Shown piece after piece: positions 40,078 to 55,400 of a DNA stretch of 64,000 bases. This DNA is from Eledone cirrhosa (taxonomy: Eukaryota), in NCBI GenBank assembly GCA_964016885.1, contig OZ024758.1, forward strand, positions 6,324,001-6,388,000, given 5' to 3'. Each line of letters begins with the position of its first letter. The stretch's first letter is position 1. Both the position numbers and the translations under genes were made by a program. Below the pieces are notes generated by a model that did no database searches, was not told the origin of the DNA, and saw only the letters and a program-made list of their open reading frames with translations.

Positions 40078-41337
40078 ACACACACATATATATATATACA
40101 GTATACATATATATATATAATATATAAATATTTAAATAATAGCCATTTTTATAATCTGGCAATGTCAATGAACCTCCAAATCAGAAAGCACTGCCATATT
40201 TTTGCAATCTAGAGACAGCGTCTTTTAATTTCGTTTCAATCATCAGTGAGAATTGTCTCAGAGAATTATATTCTATACCATTTTCTTTGTAGACAAAAAT
40301 AAATAGGTTATTTAGAAATATCTTTTTTGAAAAGATTAGTAAAATTAGACAAACGTGAACAAAAAATATTAGAAGGAATAGAAAGTAAAAAGAGAATAAT
40401 TGAAAATATTGATATACTTTTTAGTTCTTAGATAAAAATAAAACATGAAAAATTGATTAAAGTTGTTGGTTCATTTGAATTCAAATTGTGTTTGATTGTT
40501 TTATAGATTTCTTGGTGTATTTTAATAAATCAGTATTGTACATTTCTTAAGTTTTTCTGATTAAAAAATATTGTGTGTTTATTACCCACGAGTCTGTCTG
40601 TGTTGAATTTTGCAACTGTCAGCTTCGAGAAAATCATATTTACCCCCGTCGTTATGGATGAAAGTAGAAACAGGCGCCAATTAAAGAAACGAACTTTCCG
40701 AAAGTCTATATATCTGTCAATATATAGAAAATCAATGCTTGAATGTACTTTTAAAAAGAAAGGAGAGGTAAAGAGATTTGTGGATATTTACTGATATTAA
40801 GTAACTCGACTGAATTCTACTGACGGCACAAAAACAGTTACAGAAACCTCTTAATAAACGTATTTAAGACTATTCGACAGAATTCGTAATATAATCGGTT
40901 TGTCTCCCCACAGCCCCGGCGGACAGAATGGAGAAGGCGTTTTCCCGGAGGACGGCAAGGGAGGCGCGCTGGAAGAACCACTCCAACTCACGGGGCCCAC
41001 ACCTGCGGCTGGCCAGCTCAGCGCCTATGGTGGTGAGTAGGGAAGGAAATACGTAGTTATTTTGTTATTTTACAATTAATGAGAACAAAATCGAACTTTC
41101 CAGAGAGACTTCCATGCGTTCCTTGTAAAAAGTACAGAACAACCGAAGATAAATGAGATTACGTTGTGTAAACTGTTCTTGAAAAAAAAACTAAGATCTC
41201 TAATTTTGAATGACGAGGTTTGTGAGTGTGTTTCTAGAAGATGCCAATCACAAAATCCAAGACAGGAAGGCATTTATTTGAACTACAGCGCTAGATAGGC
41301 AGACACACATAAACGCATACACACACACATATATATG

Positions 41338-41944
41338 TCAGGTCATCAGTTGGTGCTACTAGTAACATGTATCCCAGTACAACCTGTCTCATGGTCGGGT
41401 CGTTGGCGACTAAACTGGCAACCCCACCAAGGTTTCTTGGTGAGGAGGGTGACTTTGGACATCCTACAGGACTAAAAACAAAACCTGTCAAAGGGCAAAG
41501 GTGCTCTTAAGAGTCAATGGCCATCCAAAATCACCGCGAGAGATGACCCCTTAGCCTTTGTCAAGGCAAAATTTTAGGAGAAGGAAAACTCTGATATAAC
41601 ACCTGTAACCCTGATGGTATCCAATGATGTTGACTTGTTCTTCTTTTTGGTAAATATCATCTTGGTTAAGAGAGTGGGACTGGCTTTGTGCAGTGCCTTT
41701 GCTCACTATAAAAGCTTCACGGCACAGGCATTTCTTTATATCTGGAGATCTCTCTGCACTTGTCATCACATGGTACCATGGGCCCATCACTATGTGTCAA
41801 TAATTGTCACAAGTGTAGTGTTTGTACCAGAGTTTTCAAGTCGCTGGCTGGACTAAAAAGTCACACTCGTTCAGCGCATCGGTAGGGGTTCTCCTACATG
41901 GATATAAAGTAGTGGCCGTACTCGAAAACGAGTTGGCAGCCACC

Positions 41945-41945
<1 letters not shown>
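41338..41945 (+). mobile_element. Non-autonomous bipartite RTE-derived element, copy 2
   Basis: Colinear with 5968-6604, with the same termini; followed by (TA)n. Confidence 0.75.
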
Positions 41946-42033
<88 letters not shown>

Positions 42034-42454
42034 GCTGTGAAATCTTGCTTGCGGTTTCTCCGTCTTTTCTCCCTCTCTACACTTACCTTACTGAGAATCG
42101 CCACGGAATTACGTACTCCTCGTTATTATGGCCACCGTGCTTATACCCATTGGCTTGGTTTAACTTGAACTATTTTCTCTTCTGTTACTCACATATACCA
42201 ATGTCCTATGCTGCCCCTTCTATCCATATGTTTACTTCGTTTTTTTCCTTTTTTATTTCTTTTTCCCTTTTTCTTTCTTCCTCTCTCTTCGTAATGACTT
42301 CTTTCACTCATGGCCTTTTGATAGATAAAAGGCCATGGGCGCGCTACGGATCGATGTTCTGTTTATAATGCGCCGAAACATCCATGATCCGTAGTAAACG
42401 GTTGACGAAGGGAAACTTTTCACCTCTTGTTTGTGTCGCCTTACCTTCTAACAC

Positions 42455-42570
<116 letters not shown>

Positions 42571-42858
42571 TTAAACAGAAATAACAACACAATCGATACA
42601 GGATATGGAAGGAATATATTAGATTAACGCTTGAAATAGTAGGAGGAGGTTCTTAAAGTTTCGGACGCTAGTACTTCATCAAACGAAGAAAGAATGAGAA
42701 ATTAGAAAGCTTCAAGGGACGGGCGGGGCGGAATCGGAATATACATATACATGTATATATGTATATATATATATATATAATGTATGTATATATAATGTAT
42801 GTATATATATATAATGTATGTATATATAATGTATGTATATATAATGTATGTATATATA

Positions 42859-42906
<48 letters not shown>

Positions 42907-42952
42907 ATAATAATAAATTTGAAGACTAAAATCCAAAGAGGGCTCGATAAGG

Positions 42953-43031
<79 letters not shown>

Positions 43032-43547
43032 TATATGTATATATATATACCCACGTACACATATATATATCCTAGGTTGAAATATTTTTACTTTCCTATA
43101 ACATATAATTAATAAAAAAAATTGCTTTGAATTGGAAGAATAACTAACCAGCGAAAATATACATTATGCTGATCCAAAATAATCTGAGAAATCTATAGGG
43201 AAATGTAACTTTCTATCAGATATTAAATGAATCAAAAAGATTCTCAATTTTTACATGTGTATTCCATATAATTTTCAAATGTTTCTATTTTTTACCTACG
43301 AACCAAGATATATATTAATCGCTTTCCGTTTTCCCATCTACATTTATAAACCCTTTCAAGTATTCTTATCCATTTTAGTCCATTTTTTTTCTAAAGTAAT
43401 TTTTTACCATATATAGTTTATGTCTCTTTATGTATATTTTTCAACTTCTATTTAATGTAATTCTCAATTCTCTAAAACATTTCACATCAATGTTTGAAAC
43501 GAGATTTCTGAAACTAATTTTAAAACACAATTAAATTCTGGAGACTT

Positions 43548-44049
<502 letters not shown>

Positions 44050-44053
<4 letters not shown>

Positions 44054-44187
44054 TTAATATAGATGAGATTCTACAGGACTAGAACTGTTTCATTCATTAG
44101 AAATCATCAGGAATCATATGTGATTCCTGATGATTTCTAATGAATGAAACAGTTCTAGTCCTGTAGAATCTCATCTATATTAAAACT
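44050..44187. ncRNA. Perfect palindrome (67-bp arms, 4-nt loop) encoding a type I hammerhead on each strand
   Basis: Plus strand 44122-44170: gattc CTGATGA t ttc taat gaa t GAAA cag ttctagtc ctg TA gaatc (GUA site). Mirror copy on the minus strand 44115-44067. Confidence 0.8.
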
Positions 44188-44253
44188 GTTATACTCTGCT
44201 ATGTATTGAGTACCTTACTTACTGTGGTTACCTCCGATTCAACCCGGAATAAC

Positions 44254-44282
<29 letters not shown>

Positions 44283-44291
<9 letters not shown>

Positions 44292-44710
44292 CAAAATATT
44301 AACAAATGAAAAATATTCTCCTAATCAAAATATATACTTTATTATATATATTTCAAAGGTACTGTGTTGTTTTTTCAGTACGTCCTCATCAGACAAAATA
44401 TATGATTTGATATATGACATACCGCTACGGTCTTGATTATTCAATTCCAGTATTGGCAGTGATTTATTTCATCAAATCATATATGTCATATATCAAATAA
44501 TATATTTTGTCTGATGAGGACGTACTGAAAAAACAACACAGTACCTTTGAAATATACATAATAAAGTATATATTTTGATTATGAGAATATTTTTCATTTG
44601 TGAATATTTTGAATAATATTAAAAACTCCAGAAAAACCTACTGTTGAGTGCTGCTAATCTATTGTAAAATTGTATTCATTGAGTAATCAACGAACTATAC
44701 TAATCTTTGG

Positions 44711-44712
<2 letters not shown>
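44283..44712. mobile_element. Family B element with ~138-bp inverted arms, each carrying a hammerhead motif
   Basis: Arms 44283-44421 and 44482-44619. Plus HHR: atatattttgt CTGATGA gga c gtactg..cagtac c ttt GAAA tataca TA ataaagtatat. Flanked by (TA)n on both sides. Confidence 0.75.
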
Positions 44713-44777
<65 letters not shown>

Positions 44778-45735
44778 CATAAATATACATATATGTGTGT
44801 GAAGAAAATTAAGAATGAAGTAGAACTTTCTAGCAAACTTGTCTACGTTTCATGGGAAAATTCGTTTACATCCTGTAGAAGATTCTAGCCCCAAAAAGAA
44901 GTCAGTTCTGTAATGTTAGCTGATGTCCGTCATTGGAGGGAATAACTCGAAGACTGTTTGCTTTCACAATAGTCAAGCCAGCGATATATATTTGTCAGTT
45001 ACAACGTCATATGATTTGGAATGAACGAATTCAAGCATCTGTTGAATTTTACCTTTCGTTCATTTGTCAGATATTGTCTTAAAACTCCAATTCCAAGTCT
45101 AGTCTATTGAATTTCTTAAGTCAATTGTCCAAGAAACAGGTCAGTTTGTCTGATAAAATGACAAGTCAGTCAATCACATTGGTGGACTCTTTCGGCCTCC
45201 ACCCGCTTTCCTGTCGCAACAGAGCCGGCCGCCTTCCACGCCATATTGTCCAGTAATGTGGCTGTAGTTGATATATATATTTTTTTTTCTGTATTACTCA
45301 CAAAATCTATTCTTTGGCAGTATCGGTAGTGGGTCGGACACCATGATTTGAGCAAAGAGTTACGGCTCTTTACGGTCTGGGTTCAAATACCACTGCGGTT
45401 AACTTTGCTTTTCAGTCTAACCGAGTCTATAAAATAAAGTACCAGTAATACACTGGATTAATTGCTGGCCTTGTGCCAAAAGTAAAAAGAATTGTAATAT
45501 TGTAATATTGTTTCGTAATTGTAGCTTAGTTTCGCCACCGTCCGATAACATTTCTGTTTTTATAACTACATTAGTTTTTAACTAGGAATGACATCACTGG
45601 AATTACAAATGCATCAAAATTATTTTTAAAAAAGCATAATTTGAACTAATGAATATCTATTTTCTAGTCAGGCTCGACTGAATACTATTCATACATAAAA
45701 AAAACATGGTGTGTTTTATACTATATTATATTATA

Positions 45736-45869
<134 letters not shown>

Positions 45870-46030
45870 GTGTATATATATATACTATATATACACATGT
45901 ATATTATATATATATATATGTATATATCTATGTATATATATAATATATGTATATATATATATACATGTATTATAAATATACATATATATATACACATATG
46001 TATATATACTATATATACATATTATATATA

Positions 46031-46127
<97 letters not shown>

Positions 46128-46785
46128 GTCTATGTTTGAGTGTGTGTGTGTTTGTGTGTGTGTGTGTATGTGTGTGTATCTGTGTCTGCGTTTACCAGCC
46201 CTCTCTCCCTCCGTATATATATATATTTACAAGGTATGTATTATGATTCCCTCATGAATTTCTCGGTGATTTTAAACTGAACTGGTTACAATCTCATGAG
46301 ATAAAACATACATATGGAGATGCAGATGAATAAAATATTGAATAGATAATTTTTTCATCATTTGCATATTTTGCAATGTTTCGAATTATATCAAGTAAGC
46401 TCCTTCAGTAAAGAGTAAACTAAGAGAAAAAATAATAAACAGCTGGTTACATTGGCAACGAGGCTCATATTCCTTTGAATGTAAGTCTCGATCGCAATTA
46501 TGTTTCTGATTTCTTTTTATACGTGAGAATGTACCGTGAATGACCTTAACCCTAAATGACTATAAATGAGATAAGATGAGATAGAAATCACGTATATGCG
46601 CTACATATCTTTTGAAATCAGGTTTTATTCGTTGTCCTGCGTATTATTCCTTTTTTTTAATCTTTCCCATTCATAACAGTGCCTCTAATGGATGCTAAGG
46701 TCGAGTTTTGCAAAGGAAAATTGTCCACACAGGTTACATTCTTCACAGTTTTGCATATATGTGTGTGTGTTGTGTGTGTGTGTGT

Positions 46786-46833
<48 letters not shown>

Positions 46834-46943
46834 GTTAGGCAATTCCGAAGGAAAAAGCAAAGAAAAAAAGAGTGCTCTATGTATAGAACAGAGCTATTTG
46901 TAATGGAGTTGTTATATTTTGGTTGTTCACTTTCTAATTATAT

Positions 46944-47070
<127 letters not shown>

Positions 47071-49357
47071 TCTCTTTATTAGCCACGGGGGCACAAAAGA
47101 AGGGGACAAATACAAAGGGGGAAGTTTACATACAATAAAAACGTGTAAAATGCTATCACAAATGTAATTTAAATAGATAGATAGATGGATGGATAGATAG
47201 ATAGATATGTGTCTGTGTGTGTTAGCAGCTGTGTATGTGCATGCGGACGTGTGTATATGTATGTATAAGTCTGTGCATGTATGCCTGAGCGCGTGCTAGT
47301 TTCTGTGGAGCTGCCGAGAAACAAATCTCATGACCTGAACCCACGTGGCCTGAACCCTCGTGAGCTGAACTCTCGTGAACTGAACTCTCGTGAGGTGAAC
47401 TCTCTAACGTCTACGCCACATTTCTTTACTATTGTAGCTAACATTAGTAAAACGTATATTGATCGCTGCCCCTTTACATGAATTCTAAATAAAGATTTTC
47501 CTCTAGCACTTCATTCTTTCTTTGCATTATATATATTTCTGACTAATGGCTGCAGGTATTTTCAGCACAGAAACTACACATAACTATAGGGGACAGATAT
47601 ATAACAAGAACACACGATCATGATATTTAGATTAATTGTTTCTACCTATTACATATTCGTAACGTATCTAAAAAGATTAAAAGTATTTTCTTTCTGTTAT
47701 CTAAAAAATGAATTTGAAGGCTTTTGGTTTTGTCGTTAGGGCTTTGTTTAGAGCAAATGTTCACGTAGACGGAAAATTAAATAGAGTCATAGAAAATTGA
47801 TTGTATATATAACTTCCGTTTGTGTGTTAGTAGTGTAACTATATAACTGCGTGTGAAGGTGCATGGCTTAGCAGTTAGAGCGTTGCGTTTGCAATTGAGA
47901 GGTTGTGAGTTGGATTCGTTGATGCAAAACACCTTATTCCCCGTTGCTCCAGTTTGCTCAGCAGTAGGATTGAGTTGCGACGTCACTGGTGCCAAGTTGT
48001 ATCGGCCATTGCCTTTCCTTGGACAACATCGGCGATGTGGAGAGAGAAGACTGGTGTGCATGGACGACTGCTGGTCTTTTACAAACAAACCTTGTCCAGA
48101 CTTGGCCTCAGTGGGATACTTTCTTGGTGCAAAACCATGGTCATTAGTGATCGTTGGGGACCTTATAACTGCATGAAGTATTGAAAGAATGGTTTATAAA
48201 ACAAAACTACCAAACTTTGAGTATTTCTTCGCTGAACAAAGCCTTAAAGCATTTAAACCGGCCATATCCGGCCAGAATTCCCTCACCTCTTTCTATTCAA
48301 ATCGGCTGTAAGTGACCACTTATACTGATGTTAAAGTATTGTTCTCGAAATAAATAATATAAGAATCTCATAGATTCAATATTATCTGAGATAATTATGT
48401 TAAATAAAGAGTTTACCATGAAAACGTAATAGTAAAAATAAAGTAATGTAAAGGGTTAACTAACTTATTATGATTTATACATCGAACTATAAACTATTTA
48501 CTATAAACTGTTGATAAATTTGGAGCACCATCCCGTAATGTAGCAACAATGTCAGGATGAATTCCCTTGAGTGCTAAACCCTTTACCAGCAAGTACTTAA
48601 TAACACCTTGATGCCAAAATGTGTCCATTTTCAAGAAACGTCTATACTAGTTACTTTTGAATTCTTCTTTGAACAGTCATATATCAGTTTAGCTGGGAAG
48701 AAATAATGCAGTTATTGATTAATAAGCAAAGTTGAAATTAATGCCTGCAAGATTCCACAGCTCTAGCATCACTCCTTCATAGTCAGCCTATGAACTCTTC
48801 AGCCCACTCTCTTACTGGTACCAAGATTAGAATACTCGTTAGATATTATAAAGTTGTATTTAAAAATATGTATATAGCTAAGTATTTATGGCATTAAGTT
48901 ACAAGAAACGTCGTTTATTTGTATCCATTATCGACAGTTAAACTTGTCGATAATTTCTTTCGGTTGGCACAGAGACATCAACTCAGCTTTTTGCTTCAGC
49001 ATGAAAGATGGCGTATGCATAGAATAATTAGAGATCGAATCGAAAGAGCGTATGGGAATATCAACGTGGAGATACTTTTAAATAGAATAATAAATTTGAC
49101 GGATAACTATCTGGTAAGTAAACTCAAATTTCCAAATTTTAATTCTAATAGATATTTAATAATTTCCCAAAGTAATATGTCAGAAAGGAATGCAAATGTG
49201 TATGAATAATTTAATATTTGATATAACTTTAACAGGCGATAGTACTAGATATCGAGTGATATCATTTACTAAAGTAATATATAAAAGAAATAAAGTATGT
49301 TCAAGTATTTTGTTCCTTTAATATAATACATACACATACATACATATACACAATCAT

Positions 49358-49412
<55 letters not shown>

Positions 49413-49477
49413 CCTACACGTATATACATGTACACACACACACACACATACACACACGCACACACACACACACACAC

Positions 49478-49516
<39 letters not shown>

Positions 49517-49689
49517 CCTACACGTATATACATGTGCACACACACACACACATACAAACACGCACACACACACACACACACACAAATATATGCATTTGAC
49601 GGACATGAGAAAAAGAAATAGAATATAAATATTCATTTAATATGGATAAGTAGGGATCCTTGTTACTCAGGAGTTTCATCAGTGTAATC

Positions 49690-49715
<26 letters not shown>

Positions 49716-49721
<6 letters not shown>

Positions 49722-50024
49722 GTTAAAAATGTACATCCACATATGTATACTGAAATACTAGTATGCATATGAATACACACACGTATACATATGTAGATGT
49801 ACCGAGTTTTTCACTGGTCACTTTACTGTGAGTGTCCAGCTATTCTGTATGTAAACACACAGACAAACCGGTTTTTAGAGTCATACTGGTTTTTGAGGAA
49901 ACACCTTTCCTCTATTCTCCAGAAAGCCAGACAAGGAATATTGAACTAGTTTCGTTGTTGTTACAACTCATCATACAAAAGTGAGTTACAAACGAAACGA
50001 AATTTAATTTCGTTTCGTTATTTG

Positions 50025-50030
<6 letters not shown>
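49716..50030. mobile_element. (TA)n-flanked element 'X-Y'; second copy at 59590-59900 has segment X inverted
   Basis: 219-bp X (49716-49934) is the reverse complement of 59609-59827. Tail Y (tcatacaaaagtgag...) is direct in both copies. Confidence 0.85.
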
Positions 50031-50085
<55 letters not shown>

Positions 50086-51480
50086 CGACCCCGTATCTTG
50101 TAATCATTGCAGCAATTTGAATTACTATTTTCTTTTACCCTCTGTTCTGAGTATTTTTCTAACGACCTAGCTAGAGTGTCAATTTGAATAATTACCTTAA
50201 GAAGGTGAATTGGCAGAATCATTAAGGCATCGGATAAAATGGTTTGTTGTTCAAATTTCACCAAGGTCAACTGTCGGGATCGATAGATTAAATACTAGTC
50301 CATTACTGGAGTCGATTGTTCATCTCCCTCGCTTCTTTTTCTCTCCCTCTCTCTCTCTCTAAAAAGAAGAAGAAGAAGAAGAAGAAGAAGAAGAAGAAGA
50401 AGATCGGCTGCAGTTAAACATGCAGTTAAAAGATGCCAAGATTAAAAATGTGTTAGACATATATCACTATAGGAGGCCTAGGACACCTTTAGTAGTTCTG
50501 GGATCAGTGTTCAGATAATTTATCTGCGTTGCAGGATCACACTTTTATCAAGTAATTCGGTGAGTAATTTGGCTGAAATATATGAAAGCCATAATATTTC
50601 ATTCTAATAAATTTACTGACAACCCAGTCTATTGAATCAATTCCATAAATTAAACCTATTCTTATAGAAATGTCGACAAACCATTTACTTTCTATTAGTT
50701 TCCATCTACTCCGCCGCTTAAACATTTCATTTTCATGTTAGATTCACCTTTTAACTGACTGATTCATTGCATTTAGAATTGACGTTGTTGATGTTTCTAA
50801 TGCTGTGATTCTTATTTCACTCCTATATCCATTTATGCTTTATTAGTAACGTATGGTCATTGTTATGTAGTGTATTTCTTCTTGACATCATATTAATTTC
50901 TTTATAAATCTTTCTATAGGCTAGGAATTGTATCACTAAGTATGCCATCATATGTAACAACACCATCCTTTCCTGACAGCAATTTTCCCTTGCATACCTC
51001 GAGGGTTGATACAATAATTAGTCATGTACTGATTGATGTCCACTTAATCGAATGTATTATTTCTAACAAATGTGTGGGCTTGAATGAATATAAATAAAAA
51101 TAAAAATTCTTTATTGATATGAAACAAAATCGTAATATATTTGACATTACCTTTTCGTTCATGGTACATTAATATATTTTTTTATATATCTTCATTTCTA
51201 GTTTCTGAGTTTTATAAACTCATTATTTTTATTTTTCCAGCCATATATATGATAGATGAGTAAGTGTAAATTCGTGTTTAGAAAAAGTCACGCCATCGCA
51301 GTACAGTGTGTATCGGCATAGGGTTTAACGATGATATATTATTTGATTCTCATGAGGTTGTTAAATCAAAGCTTATTATAGGGATCTCTCGTGAAATGGA
51401 TCTGAGTTTCTTCTTTAAATGAACGAAACTATACATACATACATACATACATACGCACACACACACACACATACACACAT

Positions 51481-51532
<52 letters not shown>

Positions 51533-51667
51533 ACATACATATATATATATATATATTTATGTCGTAGCTCTAGTTCACTAGCTTCTATGGAGCGCTTGCC
51601 ACACATCTCGGAAGTTGTTTTTCGCTAATTTCCAAGAGCCGAAATACGAATCTCGCTAATTTATATT

Positions 51668-51761
<94 letters not shown>

Positions 51762-51914
51762 TATATATATATAAACATATATATATTCAAGTACGGGTTA
51801 TATTGAATATTAACAATTGTTTCTACTTTTGGCACAAGACCAGCAATTATCCCACTACATTACTGGTACTTTATTTTATCGACCCCGTAAGGATGAAAGG
51901 TAAAGTTAACCTCC

Positions 51915-52170
51915 TGAGAGGAGCCTGAAATTGGCTGGACACATTCTGCGCGTGTCTGAGTACCAGAACCTTTGTGGTAATGAGATGGATCCCAGTCGGT
52001 TGTAAGCAGAAAAAGGGAGACCCAAGAAAACCTGTAGCTCAACTTCCAAAGATCTCCTGAGGATTGGACTTTTCTGGAAAACTGGGCAAGATGCCGCAGC
52101 TGATCGTGTAAATTGGATAAGACTCATTGCACAATATGCCCCAGGGAGGACCTAAGACTAGACTAAGACT
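51915..52170 (+). mobile_element. RTE-clade LINE 3' end fragment
   Basis: LKLAGHILRV...MRWIP..K..RPKKT...AADRVNW..L (with frameshifts), ending in a ctaaga-type tail. Confidence 0.75.
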
Positions 52171-52301
52171 TGATTGATTAAATGATTAAAATATGTTACG
52201 TGTCTTTTCCTAAATTCGTTTGGAGCTGGAGGAGTAGATTCTAATTTTTCAATAAAGCCTTTTTTCACTGGATTCTCATCTATCAGGCGATAATCTAGGG
52301 C

Positions 52302-52494
52302 AGCGTTTTGCAACTGGTGTTTGCCGGAACCCCATGCTTACGCAAGAGGTCGCTAAGGGTTCCGGGAGAAATTGATAAATAAGCTAATCCATTTAGATAT
52401 CAATAACGGTATATAATAATGTTTCTGCAAGGGTTCCATGTGACATGAAAACCTTTGCAAGGGTTCCACAAGGGTTAAAATGTTTAGAAACGCT
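52302..52494. mobile_element. hAT (Charlie-like) MITE
   Basis: Termini cagcgttttgcaac ... gtttagaaacgct; internal gggttcc repeats. Confidence 0.5.
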
Positions 52495-55400
52495 AATCTA
52501 GAGATTCCTTATCTGATACTATTTAGTATGATTATAAGACTTGTTGAAAGATGGCTGGATTTATCTCTGGGTATGAGCGGTTTCTTAATTATGCTTCCTC
52601 TGTGGAATGTATTTGCCTGCTTTGTGATCTACAGTAATGGCAAGGAAATTGATTTTGGTTAAACTTTAGATGGCATTTATGTTTAGCTTCGAACTGTTTG
52701 AAGATCTCTATTAGATCTTTCCTTAATATATAGATAGCGAGTCAATTCATCTTATTTGAGATTGACAGAGCATCGTTTCTATACATAGTTGATCTGTGCT
52801 TGCTTCTACGTTCATTTCATAAGTGTATCAAAAGTAAATAACTCACTACTTTATTGACCTGATCCCATTAAATCTTTCCACGAATACTCAAAAAGATACT
52901 TGTCTCTTGTTAGTATTCTTCACTCTCTCAGCTCACCATACACTAATATACACTCTGTCATACTATACGTTAACTTAGTGACTGCTTCAGAGTGGTGTTA
53001 AAATTGTTCTAAGGATATGTGTTCTATTTACACGAATATGTTCATTTTCTATTAATTTTGTATCGTTCACACTTTGGGGAATACGATTTTAATCATTAAA
53101 CCTCCTCTTACGCTCAACAAATGTCGCCTATTCGCGATATTGTTTTTGTGAATTGGTTTGGCATCTTGATAAATATCGTTCCAGTATAATTTCGTTCTAC
53201 TCATATACCCAACAAGGAGTATAAATGAAGACTCTTAGGACATCAACTACACTTATATCAATACACAAATGTACAAATCATTTCCTGTTCTCCGACAAAA
53301 TTTACTATAATATACAAATAAATATGCCCACGCTTAACAGTAGAATGCTATTAAATCAAGAACACGAGATAATTAAATCTTATATCCATTGACTTACACT
53401 ACGAGAATAGGCGGAAAAGTTCCTCGGCTAACTATGAAGGAGTGATGCTAGAGCTGTGAAATCTTGTATGCATCATTTTCAACTCTTACTATTAATAACT
53501 ACATTGTTTCATTCCAGGGACTATGTTGAAAAATAAACCTCATTTGGTCATTCCATTAGAATATCTTGGTCAGCCTATGAAGGAGTGATGCTAGGGCTGT
53601 GAAATCTTGCATGCATTAATTTCAGCTCTTACTATTAATAACTGCATTGTTTCATTCTAGGGACTATGTTGAAAAATACACCTCATTTGGTCATTCCATG
53701 AGAGTATCTTGGTGAGCCTACAAACTATTAAGACTATTAAATTTTCAGCAGAGCCTCATAGATCGCGTTACTTGAGTGAAGGAAAATAAACTACAATATG
53801 TATTTCTGGTGGGATTCGTTTTATAAGTCTAGATACTAACTTTAGTACATAAGAAAACAATGTTTATCTAATACTTGAATACATATATTGATCAGGCAAA
53901 ATATTGATAGACATTCAATCTTTTGTAGTTCTCAGAAAATATGTTCGTACAATGTTTTAGAAGCATTTAAATGACTAAATTCAATTTCCTACAATATTTT
54001 TCTTTATTTTTAAAATATTTTGATTTAAATAATATTTTGATTTAAATAATATTTTTATTTAAAATATTTTGATTTAAATAATATTAAGCGACTTAAATTA
54101 ATTTATGTTAACTTTATATTAATAAGGAGTATTCTATCAAATTAGACGTAGTTGTATCTTTCCAAAGAATATTCTCTCATCTCGCAGAGAAATCATGACT
54201 GAATAACACCAAATGAATTCCTTGTGGAACAATAAATTAGGAGATTTAAGATTCAATGAAATTAGAATGTAGTTAAAGAATATTTTGTCACATGTAACAA
54301 CTTTTTTTGTGGGGTGGGGGTCTTTCTTGGAAGAAAGGGAAGTTAATATTGCAACGATCACACCTTCTCAGGAGAATTGATTCTGAATGAACTGGAATGA
54401 TAAAACGTGTTTGTTTTGGTTTCAACTTACGGGGTGTTTAACTTTGTGATACGTTCGTCATTCATCATGTGGTATCTCTTTAATAATAACGTTATATTGA
54501 AGTCATAAAATAACAAAAGGTATGAAAGGGTATGTTAATAACCTTCTCTCGAGAAAGAAGAGATTTGTGAGGGAGTTTGATAAGGCCATTTTCACAAATC
54601 ACCAGTGTAAATCTCAGAATTTGTAACACATCTGAGGACTTTAATTGTGCTTTTGATACATAATTAAACTTCTACGTGTGAACAAGTCAGTTTCGTAATA
54701 TATTTCTGTAATAATTGTCTTCGAGATATTGATGGAAACTAATTTTCCATTTATTCAATCACTCATGTTGTCAGGCTTTCTGTTCATGTACCTTCATATG
54801 CGAGACAATGGTATTATCTTTACAGAAGTACATTCACTTAGCAATGCCAAAATTAGTAACAGCAACAAGATAAAGGTGTGTGAAAGATTCAACCGAAACT
54901 CGATGGACACCAAAGTTGTAAGAACACATTCTCAATCAACATTCACTTCTATAAGATGGTCTTAAATTATATTTCTAATACACGAAATATAAAATAAATG
55001 GGAGCAGTAGTTGGGAGAAAAGGAGTGAAGGATTTCATGGCACACCATACAAAGACAAATATTTTAAAGTGTTTTACTAATATATATGACAAAACATTTT
55101 TTTTACCAAGATTCTGGTTGTTAGCAACTCTATCTAGCACATTGAGATCTACACCCAGATAGAAAGTTACTGAAAAACATTGATCCCTATATGAAGATAA
55201 TCATTTGCAAAGATCGACGCATTAGAAAAGAGTAATTGAAGAGACACAGCAGGGAGAGATTAAAGTGTCATGTTGAATTGATCGGAGAGATTAAAACGAG
55301 CGAAAATTGTTGTGGATTTTTCTATACGACTGCTACTTGTACAACGACTTTAGTTGGAGAGTGGAAAATTGGAGAAGGCTACTAAATTCTTGTCGAATTC

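Noticed and set aside
40215-40245. CTGATGA...GAAA on the minus strand
   Set aside because: No convincing stem II or III and no properly placed NUH site.
46372-46412. Hammerhead-like CTGAAGG...GAAA (minus); similar relic at 57760-57790
   Set aside because: Core mismatches and weak stems; cannot be distinguished from chance without a family consensus.
49655-49690. CTGATGA on the minus strand next to (TA)n
   Set aside because: No downstream GAAA or stem III.
52841-52990. Candidate 5'-UTR exon of the CLC gene (minus-strand gtgagt donor at ~52846)
   Set aside because: A donor hexamer alone is not evidence; similar hexamers occur at ~54426 and ~59574.
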